DNA of 64,000 nucleotides from the NCBI GenBank assembly GCA_964016885.1, contig OZ024741.1, forward strand, positions 308,946,001 through 309,010,000, written 5' to 3'. A model generated the notes under the pieces. That model was not told the DNA's origin. It worked only from the letters and a program-made list of their open reading frames with translations, and made no database searches. Shown here piece by piece: positions 40,651 through 55,542 of the stretch (positions are counted from its first letter, which is position 1; each line of letters begins with the position of its first letter). Source of the DNA: Eledone cirrhosa. Taxonomy: Eukaryota. The position numbers and the translations under genes were made by a program.

Positions 40651-41054
40651 ATGTTGGGTTTGAAAGCTTATTAAAACTATCTAAGATGATGTGGCCCGTT
40701 CATGATCTGCGTTACACTTTTGTTCGACGAAGGATTTATTGTATTTATCCTAAAAACAGAGGCCAGGCTCTGGCGATTATGATGATACTGAACCCAATAT
40801 CGCTAAGGGTGTGCATTCTTTTACAAATTGTAAGATTCTCAAGGGAATAGATTGATATAGATAGATGGATAGCACTCTACAACGTCTAAATTCACTCTAT
40901 GCTCTATCATATAGATATATGCATCTACAAGCAGGTGAATGCATATATGCACATAATATATACATATGCACGTACATGTGTGTATATAATACAGGCTGCA
41001 TGCACATTCATGCATGCACACATATATACACACAGGTATACACACACACAAATA

Positions 41055-41097
<43 letters not shown>

Positions 41098-41125
41098 CAT
41101 ATATAACACATACACACACACACAC

Positions 41126-41181
<56 letters not shown>

Positions 41182-41633
41182 TGTGTAAAAGGTTCGATAT
41201 ATACACTCTAAATGTAAAGTGTACATTCTTTTATTAAGGAAGTTTAACCTTACAGAAAAGTAACTATTCCGATACATCTTCCATCTCATCCTATGTCGGG
41301 TAGACTCACACACACGCACACATACACTAACACACGCACACATACACTCACACACGCACACAAACACTCACACACGACTCACACATATACTTATAAATAT
41401 ATATAAATATCCCAATTTTCTGATATTCTTCTTAGTTTTTGTATTTATTTACACCACAAAGTACTTTGGGTATGAAAATATATTATGATAAACGCACATT
41501 CTATTTCAACTAATTTTTCGTGTATCCATACCCCCCCCCCCTCCACACACACAAATATATATATATATATATATAAACATATATATATATTTATATACAT
41601 ATACACATATGTATCTCTCTCACACTCTCTCTC

Positions 41634-41711
<78 letters not shown>

Positions 41712-42139
41712 CACACATACATACACATATATGTATATAAATATATTTAAATATTTATTTATTTTCATCGCCTCCCTGAAAATTATTCCACTTACTTAAC
41801 ACGCGAATGTATATAATGACAAACTCACTTTAGATTCTACCAAATATTTCTTCCTACTCGTCTTTCACTTTCCCCCATTTTCTGTCTTTTATTCTCTTTC
41901 ACTCATTCTTTCGTTGTTGTTGATGCTGTTGTGCTTTGTTTTTATATTCATGTTGATCGTTTTGTTATTGCGCTTAATTTCACTTTCGCTAAAATCTTTA
42001 AGCACACTCACCGCACTACTGAATCAGACATTTTTAAATTCTCGGATTTCAAATGATGATAAACTCTCACTCTACGGCGCAAGAAAGCTTTATCTTTCGT
42101 TCATTCATTTTGTTTTTACATCACCCTTTATTTATCTCT

Positions 42140-42920
<781 letters not shown>

Positions 42921-43391
42921 TGTTGGTCGATTGGTTTCAACAACACTTAAAAGTTCAGATTTATATCATCATGACAACCGTTCTTTGTTACTTTTATTTT
43001 CTTGCTTACTTTTACATTCCACTTTCTCATCTTCTCTCCTTCTCTTTTCTTTCCGAGATTTCAGTTTCCATTTCTTTCATTGTTTTTATTTTTATTTTCC
43101 TTTACAGTTTAACATATTTTCATTCGTTTTAAAGCCAGCTTGCACGCGTATTTATATATATATATATATATATATACAATGATATTAAATAAATGGAAAC
43201 TGTATTTATAAAACCATATTTATTCTATTATATATATTTAAAGGGTACCAGAAACTTTGGTGCGCTTTAATCAGATAAAATACAAAGTTTGTTTTATAAA
43301 TTTTGACATAACCAAGAAAAGAAACCTTAACGGTTCAAGTTTTCCTTTCTTTATATTTGTTGAATTACCAACAAATTGAATATCCCTTTTG

Positions 43392-43454
<63 letters not shown>

Positions 43455-43493
43455 ATATTAAATAAATGGAAACTAAATTTATAAAACCATATT

Positions 43494-43554
43494 TATTCAA
43501 TTATATATATTTCAAGGGTACCAACATTTTGGTACGTCATCATCAGATAAAATA
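43494..43554 (-). ncRNA. Type I hammerhead ribozyme, family A (a core-mutated tandem copy lies at ~43222-43282)
   Basis: Minus strand: TATTTTAT-CTGATGA-TGACGTACCAA[AATG]TTGGTACCCTT-GAAA-TATATATA^ATTGAATA. Stem I and the base of stem II are partly mismatched. Confidence 0.6.
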
Positions 43555-43651
43555 CAGAATGTTTTATAAATATTTGACATGACCAAGGATATTATCCTTA
43601 ACGGTTCAAGTTATCCCTGGAAAGTGATAACTTAAGTGATATATATATATA

Positions 43652-46103
43652 TCTATATATATAAAGGGAAGATGGACATTGTTTAGTGTACCGAACTTGC
43701 CTGCTACACCGTTCATTCAATTTTCATGAAACCTCACACATATATAAAACTCAACGCGTAGAGTGGAATAGGCTACTTGACATTTTCGAAAAATTGATAA
43801 TCGGACCCTATGACAGAATGTTTTTCGATTCCAATGAAATTTTATGTGAATTCGAACACAAGAACTCTTAGTTTACATCTGGCGCAATAAAAATAAATTT
43901 CATATGCCCATATAAGGACGTGCGTTATTGATTGGACGGCCAGCTGCATGTCTTCCCAGCTGTCTCAGTAAACGACCGACCATTAAAGAGTTTCTTTTCA
44001 TATTCCACCTTATTCAAGTGGAAATACAGTATTATCCCTATCTGAAAAGGGAACCAAATTTAATGGTGTCTTTTGTGAACCTAAAAGCTGTGAGTAAATT
44101 TTCAAACAGTCTTAAATAATCATGCTTTTTGAAAAAAAATTACTAAATAATACGTTGACCAAGTTGTGTTGTACACATACAATACAAGTAAAAAAATTTA
44201 CGTCGTACCAATGTTTTCCTTTTTTTAAACAAAAGATTCTAAAAAATTACTTAATTTATAATACAGTCTTTTTGCACAGGAAGTGAGTCACTTTTCGGGT
44301 GTTTAAACGTAAGTTCACCAGGGTTTGTGTCTTCATTATTAGCCCACCTCTAATGGCATTTTTTGTTCTGCTTACGACTAAATGTTATGAGCGTATTTGC
44401 AATTAATTGTGCACACCTGCATGCAGATAGACACTGACGGCCAATAAAAAATCGATAACTTGCTTATTAAGATATCGGTCAAAAAGAGAGATTGAATGTA
44501 CTTTAGAACATTTTTTGAATATATTGTTCTTTTTGGCATGATATGTCAGAAATATAGCTACTATACACTTTGGTTATTTTTTGTAACTAAAAAACGGTTC
44601 CTTTTTATAGACGCCTATTTTGTCACACCTTGGTCATGAATTCGTATTCTTTTCCAATAGATATTTTCCGCTCTATAAGGCTCACCAGGATATAAGGCGT
44701 ATCATTTAAAATCAGGTCCGCGCAACGGCGTGTAAGGCCAACCAGAAAATGCTATCTTCTTTACTTTTAGTCTAGATCTATTACTTCTGTTAGAGCCGTG
44801 ATTGATTACCATTGTATTATTTATACATAGAGCTCACCGGAGTATAAAGCGCAGAGCTGTTTTTTGATTAAATTTAATTATTTTAAGTGCAATTTATAGA
44901 CGGGAAAATTCGGTAAGTTATTGTAATCATATTTCCAAACCTTCCCATTCACCAGTAACCATGCTAACGAATCTGGTGTCATCTCTCGCTGTATTTAATC
45001 ACCTCTCTCTAACCTAACAGCTTCGTTACACGTCGTTATGCCCACACGGAAACGTTCAAGACTTACCTCCAAAAAAGGTACAGCTATTGCTTTGAGACAA
45101 CGAATTAGGCGTTCTCAGGTATGAGTTCATTCACAATTGATTAATCCTTTATGCAATATTCTCCCTTAATGTTAGCAAGTACTGCGTTTATCCTAACTGT
45201 CACCACTTTTAAGCAACTACAACATTCTAATCGTAGTTATATTAAATTTATTGTCTTACCTTGATTCCCTTTTGTTCATGTTAGACTTTTCTCATTTACT
45301 ATTGACACTGCCATTGGCTTAGCTAACCAGTAAAATTAATTAATTTTCTCTAGGAAACACCTGCTGAGCGCGAATCTCGACTCGCTGATAGACGTCTTTC
45401 CCGGCTGGTTGAGTCACCAACATCACGTACGACAAGGCTTGCTGATGTTCGCCTTCGTCGCCAACAAGCGCTGACGGAGGAATCACCAACATCCCGTCAG
45501 ACGAGGCTTGAAGCTGTGGCAAAGGGCAATAACCCTAGATACAATTTTGATCAACTTTTTTTCACCTATAGCAAATTTACTGGGACAGGTTTTTAGCTAC
45601 TCAAATCTTCTTCAGAGATCACGCATTGGTGTAAAAAATCAATAAAACTGAAGCGGGGCTCGACTTTGCGCAAAAAAAACAAGGCAAAGTTACACATGGG
45701 AAAACTTTTTACAGGAACGTCCTATATTCTTGAAAACTATCACAAAAGACTCGCCATTATGCCGCGGTTAAGATAAAGGCCCTTTTAATTCTTCTTCTGC
45801 ACATGTGAGCGCAAAAATTGTAAAAAAAAAAAACCCCTGAAAGTAATCGACATTTTCACCCTGCTTTAAATTAACTGAACATTCAATATCAAGCGATTTT
45901 GACTTCCGTCAGCCGTGCAGAGAACAATTTCAACGATACACTGTGTAACTAGAATTAATAAATTACACACCTGTGTCTACTAACATATTTTTTTCCATTG
46001 AAGTTCGAAGTTTTGAACCTGTGATGCGCGGGAAGTAACTTTCACACATTCTAACAGACCAAAGGTCGACTTACACCTGGGCAACGCCGGGTACTTCTGC
46101 TAG
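43652..46103 (+). mobile_element. Non-autonomous Helitron
   Basis: A|TCTATATATATAAA 5' end. Subterminal hairpin cctgggcaacgccgggt followed by CTAG|T 3' end. No Rep/Hel ORF. Confidence 0.75.
44660..44914. mobile_element. Nested Tc1/mariner-pogo-type MITE remnant
   Basis: Imperfect TIRs tattttccgctctataa ... ttatagacgggaaaattcgg-TA, with internal tataaggcg/tataaagcg repeats. Confidence 0.5.
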
Positions 46104-46269
46104 TATATATATATACATATATGTATATATGATGTGGAAAATATTCCATCAGCTTTGCCCAAATGATTTGGCATCACCCTTAATATACACCCCAGGCTTG
46201 GGCCCCGTGCTATCCGACCACGACAAAAATCTCACTCGCATCTCATAACAATAATACGGCACAATTATT

Positions 46270-46414
46270 TTACCTCTATATTTTATTGACTCCGTAAGGA
46301 TGAAAGGCAAAGTTAACCTCGGCGGGATTTGAACTCAGACCGTAAAGAGGTTCGTAACTCTATGCTGCAAAGCATGGCGTCCGACGCTCTACCAATACTG
46401 CCAATCCACCACCC
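46270..46414 (-). mobile_element. tRNA-derived SINE copy
   Basis: Same core (aggatgaaaggcaaagttaacctcggcgggatttgaactcag). Confidence 0.7.
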
Positions 46415-46923
46415 TAATAATAATAATTGTTTCTACTTTAGGCACAAGTAGTAATAAATATAGGTAAAGAAATGCGAAGCAATAACAAATTATAAATAAA
46501 TAAATAGACGAAACATTTTGTAGAGTTCAGTATTTTATTTGATTTTATTAAGACGAATGGCTAAAGGAGTGAAAGCTTGTTTTTTTTTAACCATTCCAAA
46601 GTAAGCTGTCTAAAGGAAGCTGTCAGAATCACACGCCATCTATCGGCAGCTGGTTGAATTGCTTGCGAAATAAGGGAGATCTTCACACCTTGGAGAAAGA
46701 TAAACAGCAGATCTGAATTTTATACATCCATTAGATGGCGACAGAGACAGAAAGATGGAAAAACAGTCAGAAAAAAATAACGATCTGGTTTTAAAGAACT
46801 CACAAACACATAGGAACTTGTATGGTGTGCATGTGTGTGCGTGAGCTATATATATATATATATATATAGCCCACGCACACACACACACACATATATATGT
46901 ATATGTGTGTGTGTGTGCGTGAG

Positions 46924-46971
<48 letters not shown>

Positions 46972-46998
46972 CCCACGCACACACACACATATACACAG

Positions 46999-47043
<45 letters not shown>

Positions 47044-47471
47044 TATATGTATATATGCGTCTATGTGTGTAGAGCCATATGTGCAGAATTGTCGCTTTTC
47101 TAATGTACTTCATTGCTGTTCTTGTTTGTCATTAATTATATTTGAGATATGTAATTGTTAAAAATAAAACAGTAAATATATAAAAAATATATTAAAAAAA
47201 AACAAAAAAAAAACCCATTTGCTTTGTTTTGAATTTCTCTGACTATATTTCAAGTTTGTTTTTGTTGTTCATTTGTTTGTTATCGTTGTTAATATTTTTT
47301 GTTGTATTTAAAGAACAACACAATTGTTTTTGCAGTTGTTTTTAGATGGTTGTTAATGTCGTTGCTGTTGCTAATGGTTTTGATAATCATAATGTTGGCA
47401 TTTGAATAAATGATTGTTTCTGTGTGTTATAGGTTAATGTTGTTTGGTGTTGCTTGTAACAAGGCCTAACA

Positions 47472-47507
<36 letters not shown>

Positions 47508-48103
47508 CTAGCAGTGGTACCCGGCGTTGCACGGGATAAGCTATTTTTGAACGCGGGCCGCCAACAGACCTAATCGTGGAAGAACTGCATGACTTGACAA
47601 TATGTAAAGAAAATAAACCGAATACTCTGATGGCTGGATAATCTATAAGATTTTACTCGATGAGGCAGGAAAATGCAGGTTTTCACCTAATTAGGGTTCT
47701 AGGGGATCAAGAAAATGAATTTTTTTATGTACATAATATGCCTTGAAATTTCAGGAAAATCGGCTAGACGTAACGCCTCAAAATAGCCCTAAAAAGCTGA
47801 AAAAATGAAGTTTTTCACCTAATGCGGGCCCTAGGCCATAAAAAGTTGGATTTTCTTTGCTCACGGTATGAGGAAGCAACTGACTAATACATAGTTACAA
47901 TTTCAAGTAAATCGGTTTGACGTAGCGCCCCCCAAAACGCTAAAAACCTGAAAAAACGCAGTTTTTCACCTAATGCGGGCCCTAGGAGTTAAAAAAATTG
48001 AATTTTTGTATGCGCATAACACTCCCTGAAACAAGTAATACACATGTAAAGTTTAAAAAAAGTCGGTTGGGTATTTCTCGAGTTTTAGGGATTCAAACTC
48101 ACA

Positions 48104-48173
<70 letters not shown>

Positions 48174-48456
48174 GACATCCTCAGGGAAGTGACGTAATGC
48201 CACAGGCAGACATTCAGACAGATATTATAAGGGCGCGACGTTATAAGTATTATCTATCTAAAAAGAGAAAGACTAAGAATTATAGAGAGAGATCACTAAA
48301 TCGCCTAATGCGGTCCCTAGGGCATTGAAAATTTGAAATTCTTTTTGCTCAGAACACTCCATGAGTAAAGTTTGAAAACAGTCGGTTGGGTGTTTCTCGA
48401 GTTTTAGGGATTTAAACTCACACACAGACAGACATCCTCAGTTTTATATATATAGA
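47508..48456 (-). mobile_element. Non-autonomous Helitron with internal ~130-150 bp tandem repeats and a (CA)n tract
   Basis: Minus strand: A|TCTATATATATAAAACTG ... cccgtgcaacgccgggtaccactgCTAG|T. Internal motif gtttttcacctaatgcgggccctagg is repeated. Confidence 0.8.
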
Positions 48457-48996
48457 TAATTGAATATAAAAGAAAAACGAAAACAGGTATATACATATAT
48501 GTGTTCAAATCGTAAGCGACCAGATTCGCTAAGGTGAAAAGAATACTAACTATAGACAATAGGGATTGCCTGTCTCAATTTAAGAATAAATCAACAAAAT
48601 AAATACAAACCGGAATTGTGGTAACTACCAATCACCCAGACAGCTCTTGGTACTGCTGTTTCGAAATATTAATTGTGAATAGAATTACCTATTCTTGCTC
48701 ATCAGTAGGTGATGAATTAGTATCCTAGACACTTCTAAGTATAATAAGGAACTAAATAGTGTGCTATATATAATAACGCACATGGTATCTGTACGTCTGT
48801 ATACATATATGTATACAGACGTACAGTAGTATGTATATATATATATATATATACATACATACACACATATATATATGTACGTATGGATTCACCGAACATT
48901 TATTATAATGCTCGGTGTGTTTGTAAACAAACATCCCGTATTAAGCCGTAGTGTCTAGCAACCACCGTTGCTCGTTTGTTCAACACTGACAAAGGA

Positions 48997-49039
48997 ACGC
49001 TGTACTAGTTTCAAGCTTATTAGCTATCGTCAGCAACGT
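48997..49039 (-). ncRNA. Minimal type I hammerhead ribozyme, family B
   Basis: Reverse complement of 7489-7531, lying within the family-B copy 48785-49160. Confidence 0.8.
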
Positions 49040-49169
49040 ATACCTTCCTGTCAGATTGTTGAACGTATATACTTACCTTATGCATATTAACGGCTGAGTA
49101 GCCCAATTTGCATATCGAGTGGGTTAATCGGCCGGGTGCACCGAAAACGATAAACGGAAAAAACACACG

Positions 49170-49303
49170 TTGATGATGATGATGATGATGATGATGATTA
49201 CGATAATGATGATGTGGACGACTGCGATTATGGTAGAGGTGGCGGAGATGATGATGTTGATGATGATGATGGCGATGGCGATATTAAAGATGAGGATTAG
49301 GAT

Positions 49304-49370
<67 letters not shown>

Positions 49371-49524
49371 GTGGTGTTGAGGCAGATGAGGAGGAGGACT
49401 TTTATGTTGTGGACGGCGACAATGATGATAGTGGTGATGGTAATGATGATAATGATGAAGTCAATTATGTTGAGGACGCCGACGATGATGGTATTGGTGG
49501 TATTAGTGGTGATGGTGATGATGG

Positions 49525-49562
<38 letters not shown>
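49170..49562. repeat. Degenerate (GAT)n/(GCT)n/(GGT)n trinucleotide tract
   Basis: Directly visible. Confidence 0.9.
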
Positions 49563-49911
49563 TCAGAAACTTCCATGACGAGATTTTCAAGAAATGTCTA
49601 ACACATTTCTAATCAACATGCCCCACAACTTTCAATCATTCCCACCAGGTGTCGATGCAACACCAAAAAATGTTAAGGTGTTTTTTTTTTATGTTTACTT
49701 CTTAAAACGACCAGGTTGTACATGCGCGTCTATATGCGTATATGTATGTATATATGTGTGTTTGTGAGTGTGTGTGTGTGTCTATATGTGTGTATGAGTG
49801 TTTGTATGTATCCATGTGTGTCTGTGTGTTTGTTTGTATGTATGTAAGCGTACGTGTGTGTTTATATATGTGTGTGTGTGTGTGAATATGTGAATGTGTG
49901 ATAAAGGAAGA

Positions 49912-49962
49912 TAGAGAGTGAGAGAAAGAGATCGAGAGAGATCGAAAGAGATCGAAAGAGAA

Positions 49963-50029
<67 letters not shown>

Positions 50030-50103
50030 AAGATGGATTGAGGGTGAGAGTAATGGAAAGTGCGAGAGTGGGAGAGAGATTGAGAGAGCGAGAGCGAGCG
50101 AGC

Positions 50104-50177
<74 letters not shown>

Positions 50178-50278
50178 GAGAGAGAGAAAGAAAGAAAGAT
50201 GGATTGAGGGTGAGAGTAATGGAAAGTGCGAGAGTGGGAGAGAGATTGAGAGAGCGAGAGCGAGCGAGCGAGCGAGCG

Positions 50279-50361
<83 letters not shown>
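49912..50361. repeat. (GA)n tract with an internal ~165 bp duplication
   Basis: gatggattgagggtgagagtaatggaaagtgcgagagtggg occurs twice (~50032 and ~50198). Confidence 0.9.
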
Positions 50362-50363
<2 letters not shown>

Positions 50364-50652
50364 TTAAGTAAGGTGTTAGAGGCAGAAAAGAGGTGAGCAC
50401 GCAGGACAGATGCCATTTATTTTCATTTTGTTTTCTCTCTCGGAACCGCAACCTTTATATAAACTAAAGTGTAAGTGATACTGAATTGAGAAGACAAAAC
50501 GTGCATATAGACCGCTGCGTATGTATATGTATGCGTGGGTAAGATTGCATGCATGTCTTTATGTCTGTACACCCATCCATTTATTCACACCCATTAATAT
50601 ACATAAATACATATGTACATACTTACATACATACATAATACATACATGCATA

Positions 50653-51035
50653 ATGGTGGCTGCCAACTCGTTTTCCAGTACGGCCACTACTTTATATCCA
50701 TGTAGGAGAACCCCTACCGATGCGCTGAACGAGTGTGACTTTTTAGTCCAGCCAGCGACTTGAAAACTCTGGTACAAACACTACACTTGCGACAATTATT
50801 GACACATACTGCTGGACCCATGCTACCATGTGATGACAAGTGCAGAGAGATCTCCAGATACAAAGCAATGCCTGTGCCGTGAAGTTTTTATAGTGAGCAA
50901 AGGCACTGCACAAAGCCAGTCCCACTCTCTTAACCAAGATGATATTTACCAAAAAGAAGAACAAGTCAACATCATTGGATACCATCGGGGTTGCAGGTGT
51001 TATATCAGAGTTTTCCTTCTCCTAGAATTCTGCCT
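50653..51035 (-). mobile_element. RTE-derived SINE, 5'-truncated copy
   Basis: Near-identical to 551-935. Followed by an 11-bp (ATACATGCATA)n minisatellite at 51036-51110. Confidence 0.75.
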
Positions 51036-51150
51036 AATACATGCATAATACATGCATAATACATGCATAATACATGCATAATACATGCATAATACATGCA
51101 TAATACATGCACACATACATACATTCATACATACATAAATGCACACATAC

Positions 51151-51696
51151 ATGATGGCTGCAACTCTATTTCGAGTAATGCCATCGCTTGATACTTAAGC
51201 ATGAGCATCACGGAAGTGGCGTTTTAGTCCTGTTAGGGACTTGCCTATGGCCAGCAATACCATGCATCGCCAAAAATGTCACATATCAAGCGATGCCTGT
51301 ACTTGAAGCTTTTTTAAGTGAGGAAAGGCTTTGCACGGAGTCAATCCCACTCTCTGAACATCGAATATTTTTGCCCAAAAAGAAGAACTGGTCTACATCA
51401 TTGGATGCCAACGAAGCCGCAGGTTTTATATCAGAGTGACCTTCTCCTAGAAAGATGTCTTAATGAAGACTAGGAGTCTCACGCTCCACAAAAAAAACAA
51501 CTTTATCGGATGGCCGTTGATTCTCCTGAGTTCTTCCGCCCTTTGGCAGGTTTTGTTTTTCATCTCGCAGGGTGTCCAAGTTCACCCTCCTCACCAAGCA
51601 AGCTTGGTGGGGTTGTCGGTTTAGTTGCCGACAACCCGACTATGTACAGGCTGTACTGGGTTACATGCTACCAGTAGCGCCGAAGAGCGACCTGAC
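51151..51696 (-). mobile_element. Older, diverged subfamily of the RTE-derived SINE
   Basis: Colinear similarity to 968-1577 (ccttctcctagaa, caccctcctcaccaag, gtactggg..acatg..acc, acctgac ends). Confidence 0.65.
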
Positions 51697-51763
51697 ACAT
51701 ACATACATGCATACATACATACACATACACACACATACATACATACATACATACATACATACA

Positions 51764-51795
<32 letters not shown>

Positions 51796-52204
51796 ATTGC
51801 TCACGTCTATCTTCTGTTTCTTCTTCTATCTCCCATTCTATCTTCCGATGAAGGATTAACACCCGAAAAGTTAAGACACTTTTCCCACTATATCAAGCGT
51901 TAACCTAATATATATCATCATTGTACTGTAGTGTTCTACCAAGTTATTTATCCTCGTTAATGTTGCTCATACACACATTCATATATACATACACACACAC
52001 ATAATATTATCTGCACTCATCAAAATGAGTGTTGAAGGAGGAAAATATGAAATGTAGCTTTAGCCCTTTTGAGGCCAAGGCTGCATTTCTAAATTGGAAA
52101 AGAACCAACTCCCCCGGAAGTTGATTACCTTAGACACAGAAATATTCAAAAATTAAAGCAAAACGTTTTTTTTTAAAACAAACTTATAGGATCCGACACA
52201 TAGA

Positions 52205-52345
52205 GGTCCAATTACCCCAGTACATTACTGGTACTTTATTTTATCGACCCAGTAAGGATGAAAAGCAAAGTTAACCTAGGCAGATTTGAACTCAGAACGT
52301 AAAGGGCCATAATTCTATGCTGCAAAGCAAGGTGTCTGACGCTCT
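52205..52345 (-). mobile_element. tRNA-derived SINE copy
   Basis: Same core. Further copies at ~53345-53485 and ~53486-53665. Confidence 0.7.
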
Positions 52346-52370
52346 ACTGATACTGCCAAACCATTGGATA

Positions 52371-53260
52371 AACTTATGCATGGGCAGTACACTAGAGATA
52401 AGGTAGGCTTTGGTTGGGAAAAGAGCTGGTTGTGGCTTAAAAATAGCGATCTGAAAGGATGCACTGAAGCTCTTTTGTGCAGTACCTAGGAGCAGGCTCT
52501 TCGAACTAACTACATTAAACATCATATTGACAAAACCACAAAATCACCATTATGTAGAATATGTGAAACAAAAGAAGAAACAGTCAGCCATATTGTAAGT
52601 GAATATGTTAAGTTGGCACAGGGAGAGTACAAAACATGACATGATAATGTTGCCAGATATATCCATTGGGTGATATCTGAGAAATGTAGATTCGTCAGAA
52701 CAACTAAATTGTATGAGTAGAGACCAGAAGGGGTGTTAGAGAATGACGAATTTAAGCTTTTGTGGTACTTCTCTATTCAATGCGATAGAATGATTGAGGC
52801 AAGCAGGCCAGATATTTTAGTTGTGAACAAGAAGACAAAAGAGGCCCAAATTATCGTATCTCTATCCCAGGAGATTGTAGAGTGAAGGATGAAGAGCCTA
52901 AAAAGATGAGGAAGGATGAGCCACTGAAAAAAGAGGTTGGAAAATTGTGGAGGATGACGAAGGTTTTAATCATTTAAGTGGAGATTAGAGCGCTAGGATG
53001 CATATCAGAGAATTTTGAGGATTGTGTCAATAGAGTCGTAATTGGTGCAATGATACAGACCATGCAGAAGACAGCAGCCCTTGGTACAACGAGGATTTTA
53101 AAGAAGGTCTTGTAAGGCACAGAAGGGGATGCAGAGAGGGACCGTTCACAACTTGTTGTTGACTGCACCCTAACTGGAATATCCAGATCGTTTAACATCT
53201 AAGTGCCTGAGATATATAACAATAAACCATAACAACACCAATAATAAAAACAATAGTAAT
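52371..53260 (+). pseudogene. 5'-truncated R4-clade (Dong/Rex6-like) non-LTR retrotransposon
   Basis: LMHGQY...SWLWLKNSDLKGCTEALL..*EQALRTNYIKHHIDKTTKSPLCRICETKEETVSHIVSE..LAQGEYKT*HDNVARYIHW...PEGVLENDEFKLLW.FSIQCDRMIEASRPDILVVNK...MQKTAALGTTRILKKVL* (stop 53113-53115). CCHC plus restriction-like endonuclease, multiple stops, (AAT/AAC)n tail. Confidence 0.9.
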
Positions 53261-53820
53261 AATGATGCTGATGTGATTATGTGATTATGATGATGATAAA
53301 GATGATGATAATGATGATGAAAATGATGATGATGATAAAGGTAATAATTGTTTCTACCTTTGGCACAAGGCCAGCAATTACCCAGTACATTACTGGTACT
53401 TTATTTTATCGACCCCGTAAGGATGAAAGGCAAAGTTAACCTCGGCGGGATTTGAACTCAGATCATAAAGGGACGTAACTCTATTTAGGTACAAGTCCAA
53501 CGGTTTGAAGGTGGAGAAAGTCGCTAAATAAATCCCTGTACATGATTGGTGCTATATTTTACCGATCCTAGAAGGATGACTGGTAAAGATGACATGGGCG
53601 GAATTTGAACTCAGAATGCCAAGCATTTCTCCAACACTCTAACGACTTTGCCAATGACTCACCTTCTCATAATGGTAATAATAATGATGATAATGATAAT
53701 AACATTAATAATAACAACAATAACAACAACTACAACAACGACAATAAGGATGAAAAAAACATAACACTATAAATACACACACACGCGCATACACACATAC
53801 ACGCGCGGGCACACACACAT

Positions 53821-53862
<42 letters not shown>

Positions 53863-53873
53863 ACTCCAATACT

Positions 53874-53915
<42 letters not shown>

Positions 53916-54232
53916 AACATATATATATATTTATATATTTATATATATATACACACAGAATTACACAGTCCTTCTTTCTAAGAGAAATAAACGGCATCAA
54001 TACCGCCATAATTCTTGATTATATGGTGTTAAGTGACGCTGATTCTGATCTCGTTTGTAATTTTTCATATTTCTACTAATTATTTATCATTTAAAATTAT
54101 TTTTTTGTGAGAATTTCTTCTTGGTTATCTATTTGTTTGTTTGTTTTAGGAACGTGAGATAAAGAAGTGTTCTAATGTTGAATTATATATATATATATAT
54201 ATATATATACACAAACATACACACACACACAC

Positions 54233-54272
<40 letters not shown>

Positions 54273-54423
54273 TGGTGCAGTGATTAATATTTTATTGTCT
54301 TAATAAACACTTTCTTTTTGTACACTTTCGTGAGTTTTTTATAGACATACAAAAATATTACAAATAATTATTACACACACACACACACACATCTATATAT
54401 ATATAGATGAACATACTTATATA

Positions 54424-54463
<40 letters not shown>

Positions 54464-54534
54464 GCACACATACATGTATATATATATATACAATGATATT
54501 AAATAAATGGAAACTATAATTTTAACACCATATT

Positions 54535-54581
54535 TATTTTATTATATATATTTCAAGGGTACGCTTTCATCAGATAAAATA
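54535..54581 (-). ncRNA. Type I hammerhead ribozyme, family A (short stem II)
   Basis: Minus strand: TATTTTAT-CTGATGA-AAGCGTACCCTT-GAAA-TATATATA^ATAAAATA. Confidence 0.65.
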
Positions 54582-54702
54582 CAAACTTTGTTTTATAATT
54601 AGAGACATACCCATGAAAATCATATCTTATCGCTTGGAAATTCACTGGAACCGATAAGGTATGATTTTCATGGGTATGTCTCTAATTATAAAACAAACTT
54701 TG

Positions 54703-54765
54703 TATTTTATCTGATGAAAGCGTACCAATGTGTCTTGGTACCCTTGAAATATATATAATAAAATA
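54703..54765 (+). ncRNA. Type I hammerhead ribozyme, family A
   Basis: TATTTTAT-CTGATGA-AAGCGTACCAA[TGTGTC]TTGGTACCCTT-GAAA-TATATATA^ATAAAATA. Perfect 8-bp stem I. Inverted partner of 54535-54581. Confidence 0.8.
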
Positions 54766-55021
54766 AATATGGTTTTATAAATATAGTTTCCATTTACTTA
54801 ATATCATTGAATATTTACTCCAGTAAACTGTTGAGTGCTCTAAATCAGTTATAAACATTTATATTTGTCGGACTTCCAACAAATTAAATAGCCCTTCTAC
54901 CTATATATATATATATCCAGGAGGTGTAACTAGGAGTTACTGCAGGTTCACCCGGGTGAGCACTCGATGTTTAGGTTCACTTCTGTGATGATGTGTAGAG
55001 CTATACAGAGTGTAATATATA

Positions 55022-55319
55022 GAAAGGATAAAAAGGACGATTGATTATTCCTTCATTGCATTTATTGATAGGTGACGCGCGTTTCGCCACTGATCAGCTC
55101 AAGGTTCGATCTATATCGATCCTACCCGACTCAATAATCCGCAGCTCGACGGACCTTCTTAAAATTTTCTTATAGCATTTTAAGAAGGTCCGTCGAGCTG
55201 CGGATTATTGAGTCGGGTAGGATCGATATAGATCGAACCTTGAGCTGATCAGTGGCGAAATGCGCGTCACCTATCAATAAATGCAATGAAGGAATAATCA
55301 ATCGTCCTTTTTATCCTTT

Positions 55320-55320
<1 letters not shown>
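55022..55320. repeat. Near-perfect inverted repeat, 144-bp arms, 11-nt spacer, (TA)n-flanked
   Basis: 55022-55165 is the reverse complement of 55177-55320 with one visible mismatch. Confidence 0.95.
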
Positions 55321-55388
<68 letters not shown>

Positions 55389-55467
55389 TTGAAGTTTCCG
55401 TTGACAATTGAAAAAGTGATAGGAATGAAGAGTGCTCTATGTAAGTTACAGAGCTAAATATTTAATG

Positions 55468-55540
<73 letters not shown>

Positions 55541-55542
<2 letters not shown>

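Noticed and set aside
51840-51880. Hammerhead-like motifs CCGATGA...GAAA (also CTGGAGA at ~61443 and CTGACGA at ~39092)
   Set aside because: Core or stem I is mutated; treated as decayed relics, not called as ribozymes.
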